Counted from the first letter of the stretch, positions 9,059 through 19,391 are shown. The stretch: 51,660 nucleotides of DNA from a bacterium (GCA_046757025.1 JBHHXN010000016.1:1-51660); one strand, 5' to 3'. The notes: a model not told the origin generated them from the letters alone. Numbers and translations: made by a program.

Positions 9059-9742
9059 ATGAAAACACGTTTATTTTTAATTTTATCCTTTTTTACGCTG
9101 TCTCTGTGTTCGTGTGAAAAACAAGCCAAATTTCAATCACCTGTTCAGTTCGGGATACTGGATCAAATGAGCGACTCAAAATGCGACGGCAAACCGCCGA
9201 GAGTGGTGGAAGTGATCGACGGCTTCAGAAAATGTAGCTTTTTTGAATTCGATAAGATCAAACCCATAGATACGCCGCAATTTATCACCACCGACAGCGT
9301 GAAAAATGTTCCGGACGACTGGGAGGTAGTGGTGGTGTTCGACGGCGTGTGGGCCAAGTCTTACCTACTGAGCGAAATGGACACGCGCGAGCTGGTCAAC
9401 GATTATTTCGGTGACGTGCCCGTGGCAGTGATTTACTGACAGGTCATCAACGGCGTGGAAGTTTTCCAGCGAACCATCGACGACACCGTCTTTACCATGA
9501 GCAACGCGTGGGATTTATGGGCCAATGCCGCCACTATCATCGAACGGGAAAGATGGCAGGACGGCGGCCGGCATACCTGGTACACCACCTGGAATGGCCG
9601 TGGCATCAAAGGGCCCAACAGAAATAAGTTCTTGGAAGAATATCCGGCCTTAAAATTGATCATCCCGTTCGGGGAATTTAAAAGACGATTTGCTTATTTA
9701 GAGCCCGATAAAAGACTGTACATGCACCGGACGAAACTTTGA
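9059..9742 (+). CDS. DUF3179-like lipoprotein, probable selenoprotein (in-frame TGA 9437-9439 read as Sec), about 227 aa
   Basis: Lipobox LCSC; IKPIDTPQF...ELVNDYFGDVPVAVIY-TGA-QVINGVEVFQRTIDD...GRGIKGP continues in frame into ORF 9455-9742; TGA falls where DUF3179 has the Cys of V-T-Y-C-P-L-C. Confidence 0.72.
9443..9484 (+). promoter_or_regulatory. Candidate bacterial SECIS hairpin
   Basis: Apical stem TGGAA/TTCCA with loop starting G (9461), 21 nt after the TGA; lower stem GTCATC/GACGAC. Confidence 0.5.
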
Positions 9743-10039
9743 GATGAATAGGGCCTGATCGAACAGTCCGTAATTCTTCCCCCCTGAGCGTATTCAAAAG
9801 GGTGATGATAATCTGTTGTCTTCAACTCAGGATTCGACTCCCAAACGGTGTGAAAAGTACAATTGATTTGCTATTCAAATCCGTCCTACCCTCTTCATGT
9901 CAATCTGGAAGAATCTTTGCAATAAACAGCCATTTACGTCTAAACTAAAAAGATTCCTACGCAAAAACCGCGTCGAGGATTTATGTGTTTTCACACAGGC
10001 TTTCCGTTCAGGGTGAAGACACGCATTTTCGATCAACAG

Positions 10040-11440
10040 CTAATTGACGTGCTCCTTAATCGCCAACTGCCAATTTTCGTTTTTCACTTCGCCGATTTTA
10101 TTGGAATGAATCAATCGGAATTGTTTAAAGCCCGACAGATCCACAAAGATGAAATCCACGCCCCCTTCGATATTAAAATAGTTCCAGATTTCGTAAGGTT
10201 TGGTATTTGAGGTGCTTCGAAACCACTGACGATTGTCCGGTTCGCCGTAGAGAATATAAACCCGTCCCATATCCGTGTGCCAGCCTTCTCGGCCCAGCGT
10301 TTTAAATTTCTGGTTGGCTACAGCCACTCTTTTCAGATATTCCTGCCGGAATTCATTTACGAAGGTTTGGCGATCGCTGTCGCGTCGCAGCCAAAACTGG
10401 AACAAGAATCTCCGTTTTGCTTCCGGCGAGTCCAATTGACTAAAATATTCTTTGGCCTCTTTGGAACAGATGTATTTGATATATTCAAACTCTTGCTCTA
10501 AAGCTTTGTCTGGCATTTTCGAGAGGGGACTGCGGGCGAGGGCACTGTCGAGCTCAACTTGTACAAGCTGTTTAGCGTCCACCGCCGGATTGTACACAAA
10601 CATTTTTTTGGACGAACCGGCCTGCTGCTGATTCTGCATATCCAGAATGGCAAAATTAAAATAGTAACTGCCCGATGGCAGGGAGCTGATATTAATGGCG
10701 CCGATTTCCACACTGGTATTTCCGACAATTTTCTTAATTTGCTTGCGCGAAAGCCGAGCATGGGCCGTATCATTTTCGGTTTCCGAAATGTAGCAATAGG
10801 TTTGATAACGTTTCATATTCAATACAGATTGCAGATTGTATCCCTCAACATAATAAAACAGCATGGGTACCCCTGCGCCAAAAAGGGTACTCGGATTGGG
10901 TACCACCTCCAGGGTGTTTTTGTAAAAAACATTATTGGGGTCCTTTTTGATCTTTCTTATGGAAGTCGCCAGTTGAATGTCGCTGAGCTGCACCTCGATA
11001 TCGGGCGTCGCTTGAATTTCAATTGGCAGCTCCACGCTGTCCACTTTGGAGGTCTCCTGGAGATCCTGCACAAAGGCCTGCAAATGATAGCTCCCCGGCT
11101 TGATCTCATAACGAATGATATCGACGATGTTCTGACTGCTCTGCATATTAGACGTATCGGCGATGGTACTGGGGACTTTCCAGGCCTGGTTCAACCACAA
11201 AGAGTCGCCCTGATATATTTTAAACCGTACATAGGCCTCGGCCAGAAATTTTTCATCGGCGGTTTTCACAAAGGTGAGATCCGACCTTTTGATGGAATAA
11301 TAAATTTCAAGATAATGGCTGTCAGAGTCCAGTTTAAATCTGGCGTAATCAATATTTAGTTTTATTGGTTTGCTCAAGGCCATCGTGCCGCTGGCAAGAA
11401 CATAAATAACCAGCGTAAAATAGCAGCCAAATTTATTCAT
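10040..11440 (-). CDS. GWxTD domain-containing protein
   Basis: C-terminal GWHTDMGRVYILYGEPD...YEIWNY; signal peptide; GAGGAG RBS precedes the ATG at 11440. Confidence 0.88.
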   Translation of the reverse strand: MNKFGCYFTLVIYVLASGTMALSKPIKLNIDYARFKLDSDSHYLEIYYSIKRSDLTFVKTADEKFLAEAYVRFKIYQGDSLWLNQAWKVPSTIADTSNMQSSQNIVDIIRYEIKPGSYHLQAFVQDLQETSKVDSVELPIEIQATPDIEVQLSDIQLATSIRKIKKDPNNVFYKNTLEVVPNPSTLFGAGVPMLFYYVEGYNLQSVLNMKRYQTYCYISETENDTAHARLSRKQIKKIVGNTSVEIGAINISSLPSGSYYFNFAILDMQNQQQAGSSKKMFVYNPAVDAKQLVQVELDSALARSPLSKMPDKALEQEFEYIKYICSKEAKEYFSQLDSPEAKRRFLFQFWLRRDSDRQTFVNEFRQEYLKRVAVANQKFKTLGREGWHTDMGRVYILYGEPDNRQWFRSTSNTKPYEIWNYFNIEGGVDFIFVDLSGFKQFRLIHSNKIGEVKNENWQLAIKEHVN

Positions 11441-11692
11441 CGTTTGACTCCTCAATAATTCTCATGGATAAAGATATTTTATCACCAAACACGCTTGATT
11501 TGTTTTTGGAACTGTTTAAGAATCCCATTTTGATTATAGAAAATTTCACGAACATTATCAAATGATTTTTTCAGGAAGTGTAAAATCCCAGTTACATTAG
11601 GATTGAGGTCATTTCCCGCCCTGCGTTTTAGCGTCAGCTGAAGGATTAAATACGCAATTTCTACCATATTTGTACAGAAAATCCACCGCGTT

Positions 11693-11776
11693 CTCGTTCC
11701 AAAATTTCTATTTGGGAACGCAAGTGTGGAAACACTCTGTTTCGAATGACCGATTTAGAAAAAAGAAACAGAGTTT
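11693..11776. repeat. REP-like double palindrome
   Basis: cgttccaaaat/atttgggaacg and actctgtttc/gaaacagagt inverted pairs. Confidence 0.5.
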
Positions 11777-11848
11777 CTTAACCTGGACTATTCACAAACC
11801 AGGATTTTACGCTCAAAATCTAAAAACTGCGTTTTGAAGAGCCCGTTC

Positions 11849-11894
11849 GGTGTTCACGCTTCAGCGTGTTCTGGCAGCCTAAAGGCTGAACACC
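11849..11894. repeat. REP-like branched palindrome
   Basis: ggtgttca...tgaacacc enclosing cacgct-tc-agcgtg and cagcct-aa-aggctg. Confidence 0.55.
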
Positions 11895-12081
11895 CAACCC
11901 GTTCGCTCTCTTTTTTAGGAATAATTCAGGGTAAATGCATTCTCAGGGCATTTCATCACAACACGTCGAATTGATGTCATTCCAGGTACAACCCTGAAAC
12001 AGAAAAGTCTGGCAAACTCTGTTTTCCGCCGGGCTGAAAAAATCACAAACGAGCTCGCAGGTTTTTTCGTTGTGCATAAAC

Positions 12082-12123
12082 AAAAAAAGGTTAGCCATGC
12101 CGGAGGCACAGCTAACCTTTTTT
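12082..12123 (-). terminator. Intrinsic terminator after the PorV-like gene
   Basis: aaaaaaaggttagc...gctaacctttttt hairpin with A/T tracts on both sides. Confidence 0.75.
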
Positions 12124-12155
12124 CTAGAACCGATTAATCAGATTGGTTGGAATCG

Positions 12156-13184
12156 CTACTTGCCCAGACCAAATTTTACGGTGAAAACATGGTTGGTATC
12201 AAAGACGTCCACGTCTCTGTAAGCATAATCAAACTGCAGATTCATTCCACCAATATCATAATTAAGTCCCGCACCGAACGCAAATCCGAAAAGAGACTCA
12301 TCGGTATTCTCAGTAGCCACATCATATCCGCCGCGGACGTAGAGTAAATCATTGAGATTGTACTCGACTCCGAAACGGAAATTGTTTTCAGCTTCGTTGG
12401 CGTTAACAAACGTTCCTGCGAATGTTAAGGCGTTGTTGCTGCCAATATCATATCGGTAGGAAGCGCCGAACTGAAAGGTACTGGGAATGCTGAATTTTTC
12501 GGTGACGGCTTCGAAAAAGCCCTGGTCCGAAGTTGGATTGGCGCCCGCAATATCAGCCTTTTGCTCCAAATCACCGCCGCTAAAGCGCATATTGGAGCCG
12601 ATATTCTTCAAGGTGACGCCGAGCGTCAGGTTGTTGGTGAAATGGTACTGAGAACCAAAATCAATGGCAAAACCGTTGGCGCCCAAATCCATAATGCCTT
12701 CGTGAATGAACTTGACGGTAGCCCCACCGCTGATGCGGTCGGTCAGGGTTTTAGAATAGGTGAGACCGGCTACCAGAAAACTCGGGGAGAAGGTTGCGCC
12801 CGTACCATCCGGATTGGTGACATCGGTTTCCGCGATGTCGCCGACATCCAGCGTTTTGATACTCAACGCCACGCTACCCAGATCGCCCATGGAACCGGAA
12901 ATGGCAATGTAAGTCATGTTGATGTCAGCAATGTAGTTCATGTAGCTGACCATGGCCTGCGACTTGCCTAACCTATCCAGACCAGCGGGATTCCAGTAGA
13001 TGGACTCCACGCCCGTTAAAGTTGAAATAAACGCTCCCGCAGTTGCAATACTTTGTGCTCCAACAGGAATGTTCAGTTGTTCCGCTCCTGTTGTCCCAAT
13101 TCGTGCTTCGTTGCCAGCGAACAGGAAAGAGCACATGCATAGGAGAGTTACAAATCCTATTGCTATGACTTTTATGTATTTCAT
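12156..13184 (-). CDS. PorV/PorQ-family (FadL-like) outer-membrane beta-barrel
   Basis: GAEQLNIPVGAQSIATAGA...SIYWNPAGL N-terminal signature; C-terminal FDYAY...NHVFTVKF. Confidence 0.85.
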   Translation of the reverse strand: MKYIKVIAIGFVTLLCMCSFLFAGNEARIGTTGAEQLNIPVGAQSIATAGAFISTLTGVESIYWNPAGLDRLGKSQAMVSYMNYIADINMTYIAISGSMGDLGSVALSIKTLDVGDIAETDVTNPDGTGATFSPSFLVAGLTYSKTLTDRISGGATVKFIHEGIMDLGANGFAIDFGSQYHFTNNLTLGVTLKNIGSNMRFSGGDLEQKADIAGANPTSDQGFFEAVTEKFSIPSTFQFGASYRYDIGSNNALTFAGTFVNANEAENNFRFGVEYNLNDLLYVRGGYDVATENTDESLFGFAFGAGLNYDIGGMNLQFDYAYRDVDVFDTNHVFTVKFGLGK

Positions 13185-13282
13185 AATTTCATGCTCCTTA
13201 TTTTTAATTCAGTTATTCAGCAAAGATTGATCATCGGGAAGATTCTGGCAAGGTCTCTTCCGCGTGCGATCAAATTCATTCA

Positions 13283-16200
13283 TTAGAATCTTTGCAATCT
13301 GCTCTCTCTTTGGATCACAGCGAGCTTGAGGATTTTTTGTACCCCGATGTCTTTCGCTTCGATATGTGCGATGTACACACCGGAGGCCACTTTCAACGCC
13401 GATTCGTTCTGTAAATCCCATCTCAAGAACGGCGACTCGTCATTCTTTTCGAGAGTGCGAACCAGTTTGCCGGAAATGGTGTAAATCCGAATCCGGACGT
13501 TGTTCGACAGATGCGTGAAAGTCACGAACTGTTTTTCTTCGAATCGCGGTGATTCCAAAGGATTGTTCGCTAAATACGGATTGGGAAAAACGTTAGCGAT
13601 TTTAAAGTTTTGTCTCTTCAGAGACAACGAATTGGCCTCAGATGGAGCCACGTCCGCCGTGCTGAAGGAGAATTTGTCATCGGGCGTATTGGGAAAGTTG
13701 GGAGCAATCCGTACCCAGAAATCCGACAATTGATACGGACGGCTGCCCCTTTTTACTGGCCACCAGGCATATAAAACATCCGCGGCCGGGCCCCAATTGT
13801 CGTCATCGTAGATACCGCCATCCGGGTCGTAGTCGCTCTTCATCACCCAAATGTATTCGCGGTTACCCAGACTGTTGTCGCCACCGCTCGGATCCATGGG
13901 ATTCCAAATCAAGTCGGCATACCCCACACCGGCGCGGGCATCTTCATTAAAGCAGATATTCAATTGCCGGGGATTGTCTGGATCGGTGGAGATATCGAAT
14001 GCCTGCATAGGAATCCATCCAAGTTGGGCCTGAATGGCATAGCCCTGGTCGCGGCGATATACATACGCACGGGACCAGCCGTTGTCCTCTGACATGGTGG
14101 GGTTACTGGTAAATCGCAGATCGACTGTTACCAACTCTTCAGGCGTTAGGGTGCTGCCGAAGAAGAATCGCCCTTCATCCAGACCGCCAAACATCCAGGC
14201 GCCACCCCAGTTCACACCGGAGACCCAACGCTCGCCGCCCGGGCCGCCATCTTCCGGACCCACGGAGCGATCGACGGTTCTGATTCCTGCAGGAGGACTG
14301 AAAACGCTGACCTGAATACCTTCCACCACCGGAAAACCGGTGCCGCTCTGGTTGAACACTTTGTCCATGACAGCCTGACCGCTGGTCTTGTCGGTTAAGG
14401 TCCAGTAAGTTTCACCCACGTTGGCGCTGTTGGTGTCGGTTTCCACCGCAAAGGTCACTTCATAATCATGTCCGGTGACATCCTGCGGTTTAATCACGTC
14501 CCAAGTAACGGTGCCGTCGCTGCCGCCGTCATGGGCTGCTGCGTTACCGAAAGTATAGGTAAGCGCTTCGGTTTCTCCAGGAATCACCTCAATGAAATTC
14601 AGGCCCACGGAAAGTGAATTGGCCAGAATAGAGCTTGGAGCTGGCGCTACCCAGTCCTCCGTGGCCGGTGTGTTTTCATTTGGTCGTAAGGCTTCAATGC
14701 TCAGAGGATCGCGGTTGACATTGTAAGCGATTACACCGAAGTAATAAGGCGTTCCTAATTTGAAAGCTTCACCGGTGAAAACATCTTTATCGACCGGCAC
14801 CCGTAAAATGATGCCTTCGCCAGCGGCAAAAGTCTCCGCATCGAGATTGTTCAGGGATGGAAAAGACAGCACCCGGCCCTGATCGGTGTCGACATAGATA
14901 TCACCCAATTCGTTGTTCACGTCAAAGCGTGCGATAACCCTGGCGTTTTCTTTGCCGCCTTCGGTCTCGCCAGTTGAGTTCGAACGAAATTGCTTTACAA
15001 CGAATCCTTCAAATCGTTGATCTGCGCCGGCTTTTTGCTGTCGGTCGCGCACGATATGAGAGGCTTCCCAGAACAATTCCACGACATAATCGCCGTCTTC
15101 ATTCTGGGTTACAATGGATTCTACTTTCGGAGCCGGCGGAGGGCCTGCCACGTCGAAGTTGAAGTCAAAGATGGATTGGGCAAGGGCGTCCACGCCTTTG
15201 GCCACGGTCACGCTATTGAGTGGGCCATTACCCTGGCCGACTACAAAAGCGGTCACGATATCGTGTTCATCGCCCGGGTCCATGCGGAAAGGACCGGTGT
15301 TCAGCAGCATGCGCTGATCGTCGCCGCCGCTTTGCAGCCATCCCTGACCGGTTTCCGGATCACCGGAATACCAGAAATTGGGATCGTCGTCTGCGGAACC
15401 GCCGACGCCGCGGGTGAGCGGATCAAATACTTCACCCTTCTGGGTCAAACCCGTCATGTAGTTGCGGGCTTCCTGCTGGGTATCGGGATCGCCCAGTGTC
15501 GGATCACTTTGAATGTACTGTGTAAAGGAAGACATACCGAGGGTTTTGTGGTCGAGCACTTCTTCAACTCCCAAATTGGGACCTCGAACCACAAAGGCGG
15601 TATCGCCGGGGGATACCACCAGCGGGCCCTGGAAAAAGTCCACCAAAAAGGCGGGCGGGGCATCGCCGTAGTCGCCATCGGAGCCTTCATTGTAGGTAAA
15701 GCCTGCGCTCAATGCCACATCACAGCCCACCAAATCGTCGGTGTATTCGCCTAAATCGGGATCGTGCCAGGAAGTAAAGTACATGTCTTCGATGGTTTTG
15801 GTGCCTTTGTTCACTAAACGAAAACGAATAAACGCAATGTTACCCAGTGCGCCGCCGCGAGCAAAGGCCCAGGCGGTTACCTGAACTTCCATACCTACGA
15901 TTTGGGAGCCGGCCCAGCGGCGGTTGCCCGTGGGGGCGCCATCGTTGACGACAAACCAGAGCATTTGATCGCCGAGTAAATCCGGTGCGTCCACGTTGGG
16001 ATCGTAGGCGCCGTCGCCGTTGTTATCCACAAAATCGGCGCCGTTGGCCACGGCAGTGGCCCAATCGACGTAAGCAGCCGAGCCCGGGCCATCCTGTGAA
16101 GTCACCACATAGATTTTGTTTTCCGGTGCGCCGCGGTCGGTGCCCACGTTGCCTTCGATGTAGTCCTGAACACGGGAAGCCGAAGCCACACCCGAGGCCC

Positions 16201-16513
16201 AGAGCTCACCATCGATGAAACCGCTGACCCAGAAACCACTTGAGAAAATAAAGTGAATATCTGAGCCGGCTGGAAACTCGGCATAAGAGCCGTGCAACGG
16301 GCCGGGCAGGCCGTCCCCCACATCGGAAATAATACCGTTATTTCCAAATGGAATACTCAAATTGTTCACCTGGAGATATTTCACATCTCCAATGACATTT
16401 GACCGGTAGGGTCTTTTGCTTGACTGATCTGTGCTTCTTCCGCCAATGGCAATGGATGCCATGACGAAACTCACAAGTATCAGGAGAAACATCAGGTTTC
16501 CTTTTTTAAACAT
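13283..16513 (-). CDS. Large secreted protein with C-terminal T9SS/FlgD-type Ig sorting domain
   Basis: Signal peptide; Asp/Gly-rich body with DNNGDGAYD Ca-binding-like loop; C-terminus VFPNPY...IRIYTISGKLVRTL...WDLQN...VASGVYI...KLAVIQ. Confidence 0.78.
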   Translation of the reverse strand: MFKKGNLMFLLILVSFVMASIAIGGRSTDQSSKRPYRSNVIGDVKYLQVNNLSIPFGNNGIISDVGDGLPGPLHGSYAEFPAGSDIHFIFSSGFWVSGFIDGELWASGVASASRVQDYIEGNVGTDRGAPENKIYVVTSQDGPGSAAYVDWATAVANGADFVDNNGDGAYDPNVDAPDLLGDQMLWFVVNDGAPTGNRRWAGSQIVGMEVQVTAWAFARGGALGNIAFIRFRLVNKGTKTIEDMYFTSWHDPDLGEYTDDLVGCDVALSAGFTYNEGSDGDYGDAPPAFLVDFFQGPLVVSPGDTAFVVRGPNLGVEEVLDHKTLGMSSFTQYIQSDPTLGDPDTQQEARNYMTGLTQKGEVFDPLTRGVGGSADDDPNFWYSGDPETGQGWLQSGGDDQRMLLNTGPFRMDPGDEHDIVTAFVVGQGNGPLNSVTVAKGVDALAQSIFDFNFDVAGPPPAPKVESIVTQNEDGDYVVELFWEASHIVRDRQQKAGADQRFEGFVVKQFRSNSTGETEGGKENARVIARFDVNNELGDIYVDTDQGRVLSFPSLNNLDAETFAAGEGIILRVPVDKDVFTGEAFKLGTPYYFGVIAYNVNRDPLSIEALRPNENTPATEDWVAPAPSSILANSLSVGLNFIEVIPGETEALTYTFGNAAAHDGGSDGTVTWDVIKPQDVTGHDYEVTFAVETDTNSANVGETYWTLTDKTSGQAVMDKVFNQSGTGFPVVEGIQVSVFSPPAGIRTVDRSVGPEDGGPGGERWVSGVNWGGAWMFGGLDEGRFFFGSTLTPEELVTVDLRFTSNPTMSEDNGWSRAYVYRRDQGYAIQAQLGWIPMQAFDISTDPDNPRQLNICFNEDARAGVGYADLIWNPMDPSGGDNSLGNREYIWVMKSDYDPDGGIYDDDNWGPAADVLYAWWPVKRGSRPYQLSDFWVRIAPNFPNTPDDKFSFSTADVAPSEANSLSLKRQNFKIANVFPNPYLANNPLESPRFEEKQFVTFTHLSNNVRIRIYTISGKLVRTLEKNDESPFLRWDLQNESALKVASGVYIAHIEAKDIGVQKILKLAVIQRESRLQRF

Positions 16514-16547
16514 ACCTACTCTCCTTTTTTATTTTCACATTCACCTT

Positions 16548-19391
16548 TTATCTAAAGTTAACTTTCAAACCCAGACGGATTTGACGTGGAATACCAAAAC
16601 GGGTGGGATTGCGCTCAAACGCTTTATAGTCGGAAACGAACGCATCCGGATCTTTAGCCCCTTTGATGGCATTCTTACCGGCGGGCGTCTCAAGAAAACC
16701 GGTAGAGAACTCATCGCCGGTGGAACGAAAGACCGTATTGACGTTTTGTTCGTCCGTCAGATTCAGAACCCACAAATACGGCTGCAGATTCAAGCGACCC
16801 ACGTCAAAAGATTTGTCGATTTTTAAATCCAGTCTGAAAGCCCCCGGGCCGGTGGCGGAATTCACATAGCCGCGCGTATCCCCGAAGTTGGTGCTGCTGG
16901 CCAGAACGTCCTGAGTTTCGAGGGGTGTATAGGGCCGGCCGCTGTTGTAAGAAATCAACAGATTGGCGCCGGTTCTTTCCAGAATGCCGCCTTCGCCGCG
17001 TGGGATACGGATATCGATATTCCCCACCAGGGTGTGGCGCTGATCGAAATTCAGCGGGGCAATGGCTTTGGGCGTATCGCCGTCGTCGTTTCGGAATGCC
17101 GCCACAAAACTGGATGATTGCGAGGACCCCGTTCCTTCAGCCAGACTGAAGGTGTAATCAAATGACATGGCAATGTAATTGGTGCGGCGCAGGTCAAACT
17201 TAAAAGCCAGACCACGAATGGTGCCAAAGTCGGTGTTGGTCGGGGTCATGTAAATTTCCTGCTGTATGCCGCGGAAGAACTTCACTTGCTGGGTGTTCAC
17301 CAGGCCTTTGACGTCTTTGTAGAAAGCGGTGACATCGAGTGCAATATTGTCCCCGACGGTCTTCCGCACGCCGGCTTCATATTGGATGGTTTCTTCGCTT
17401 TCCAGATCGCCTGCCAGAATGGTGAAGTTGTTGTCCACTAACAGTCGATCGTAACGGTTTCTGGACCAGTAGAGATCGATCAATCGCGGTCGTTGAATGA
17501 ACTTACCGTACTGCGCGTGAAAGATGGTGTTTTCGCTCACCGGAAAGCCAATGCCGATGCGCGGTACGAGATCGTATTCTGCATCGGTGGGCAGAAAATC
17601 GGCATCGTCGAATTTTTGACTGTCGCCGTTTTTAAATGGGTTTTCACGGTCGCGCAGTTTTTCGCCTTTGGCGTCGAAATAATCGAAGCGCAAGCCGAGA
17701 TTCAGAACCAGGTCACCGAGCTCGATCTTGTCCTGCAGGTAAACGTAAGCTTCTTCCGGTTCCCGGGCGGTGCTGTTGTCTTTTTCTCCGGTGGGTTTGA
17801 AGCCGTAATGCGTGTTGAACACGTTCTGGCGCAGATAGCGATCTTCCCGATCTTTGGCATCGACCACACCGTCTTTGTTCACATCCGCTTCGTTGGCGGT
17901 GGTGTTGGGATTATCTCGAATTCCCACGGCCAGACGTGAAGGACTGATGGCGAAGTAGTTGATTCTGTTTTTGTTGAAGCCGGCGCCAAATTCGAACAGA
18001 TGTTTGCCCACCTGGGAAGTGATGTCGAAATGAATGCCGCGATTCAAAATTTCATATTTACGATAAAAATTATTTACACGACCATTCTCAAAAAAGACAC
18101 CGTTGTCGTCTCGTCCCGGTCGTTCGCCCTGGCTAACGCCCCGTTCCAATAAAATCGGATTCGCAAGGGTATCGCCGTACGCTTCCAGATTGTCGAAGAA
18201 AACGCCGTCGCCTTGTTCCCACTTGGTCAATCGATAAGTGGCGTTCAAATTCCAGAACGTACTTTGATTGAGGGTGTGGGTTATTCTGGCGCTGTAGCCA
18301 AAGTTGTCGTCATTAAACTGACTGTTGTGCTCAGAATTATTCTTGGCATAAGAATGAACATACCCCATGGCATCGCGCATAGATCCACTCGAGGTTAATT
18401 GCACACGAAAATCACCAAAGGAATGGTTGGTTTTCGCGGTCCAGCGCCATAAGTCAGAGGCATTGTTCGGCAAAGTCGGGCTGTCAATACCGGCGGTGGG
18501 AATTTTGAGATTGATGGCTTTGGGATTGCCGTCTTCAAAATCGTTTCTTTCCACCAGCGCAAAAAAGGTGTGCTTGCTGGAGCCGGGCAGAATCGGGCCG
18601 CTTAAAGAAAAGTTGAAGATGTTGTAGCCATAATCGTCGGTAGCCTCGCTGGTGATGCCTTCCGCGCCGAAGGCGTAGTTGGAAGCGCCGGATTTGGTGG
18701 TGATGTTGATGACGCCGCTCTGAGCCTGACCATACTTGGCTTCAAAACCGCCCACCTGCATGGAAACCTGCTCGATGGCTTCGTTACTGATCTGGCCGGA
18801 CTGAGTACCAAACAACAGGTCGTTTTGCAGCACGCCGTCCACATAGTAAGCGGTTTCGTTGCCGCGGCCGCCGCGAATGTTCACGATGGGATTATCATCC
18901 ACGCCGCCGCTGCCTTCCGCAACCACCACGCCGGCTTGAATGGAAACAGCCTGCGTGGCGCCGCGAATGGGCAGTTGGCTGAGCTGCTCGGAGTCCACCA
19001 CGCGAATGGTGTTAGTGGCGCCTTTTTCAAACACCGGCCGCTCAGCGATGATCACCAATTCTTCGCCGGTCAAAGCCTCGGGCACCAGCTCGAAATTGAT
19101 ATCTTCGGTTAAATCCGCAACCGCTCGCACATTTTGAATAGTTAAATTATTATAACCTATGAAGCTGGCTTGAATTTCATAGGTACCTGGCGGAATGTTT
19201 AAAATAAAATATTCGCCGTTCACATCTGTCGCAGCACCGAGTGTGGTACCTACGATGACTACGTTTGCGCCGGGTAAAGGATCACCGGTTTCCCGGTCGG
19301 TCACTTTCCCGACAAATTTTGCTGTTCCTGCTCCATAAACTGCAAAAGGAACAACGAACATCAACAGTACTAAAGCGATTTTTTTAAGCAT
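16548..19391 (-). CDS. TonB-dependent receptor with N-terminal carboxypeptidase-regulatory-like domain
   Basis: GKVTDRETGDPLPGANV N-domain; plug IRGGRGNETAYYVDG, GGFEAKYGQAQSGVINITTKSG; C-terminal PRQIRLGLKVNF. Confidence 0.92.
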   Translation of the reverse strand: MLKKIALVLLMFVVPFAVYGAGTAKFVGKVTDRETGDPLPGANVVIVGTTLGAATDVNGEYFILNIPPGTYEIQASFIGYNNLTIQNVRAVADLTEDINFELVPEALTGEELVIIAERPVFEKGATNTIRVVDSEQLSQLPIRGATQAVSIQAGVVVAEGSGGVDDNPIVNIRGGRGNETAYYVDGVLQNDLLFGTQSGQISNEAIEQVSMQVGGFEAKYGQAQSGVINITTKSGASNYAFGAEGITSEATDDYGYNIFNFSLSGPILPGSSKHTFFALVERNDFEDGNPKAINLKIPTAGIDSPTLPNNASDLWRWTAKTNHSFGDFRVQLTSSGSMRDAMGYVHSYAKNNSEHNSQFNDDNFGYSARITHTLNQSTFWNLNATYRLTKWEQGDGVFFDNLEAYGDTLANPILLERGVSQGERPGRDDNGVFFENGRVNNFYRKYEILNRGIHFDITSQVGKHLFEFGAGFNKNRINYFAISPSRLAVGIRDNPNTTANEADVNKDGVVDAKDREDRYLRQNVFNTHYGFKPTGEKDNSTAREPEEAYVYLQDKIELGDLVLNLGLRFDYFDAKGEKLRDRENPFKNGDSQKFDDADFLPTDAEYDLVPRIGIGFPVSENTIFHAQYGKFIQRPRLIDLYWSRNRYDRLLVDNNFTILAGDLESEETIQYEAGVRKTVGDNIALDVTAFYKDVKGLVNTQQVKFFRGIQQEIYMTPTNTDFGTIRGLAFKFDLRRTNYIAMSFDYTFSLAEGTGSSQSSSFVAAFRNDDGDTPKAIAPLNFDQRHTLVGNIDIRIPRGEGGILERTGANLLISYNSGRPYTPLETQDVLASSTNFGDTRGYVNSATGPGAFRLDLKIDKSFDVGRLNLQPYLWVLNLTDEQNVNTVFRSTGDEFSTGFLETPAGKNAIKGAKDPDAFVSDYKAFERNPTRFGIPRQIRLGLKVNFR

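Noticed and set aside
9455..9742. Separate 95-aa gene, or pseudogene call for 8981-9742
   Set aside because: In frame with the upstream ORF, no RBS, and the intervening TGA sits at a family Cys position with a hairpin behind it; read-through fits better, though a nonsense mutation is not excluded
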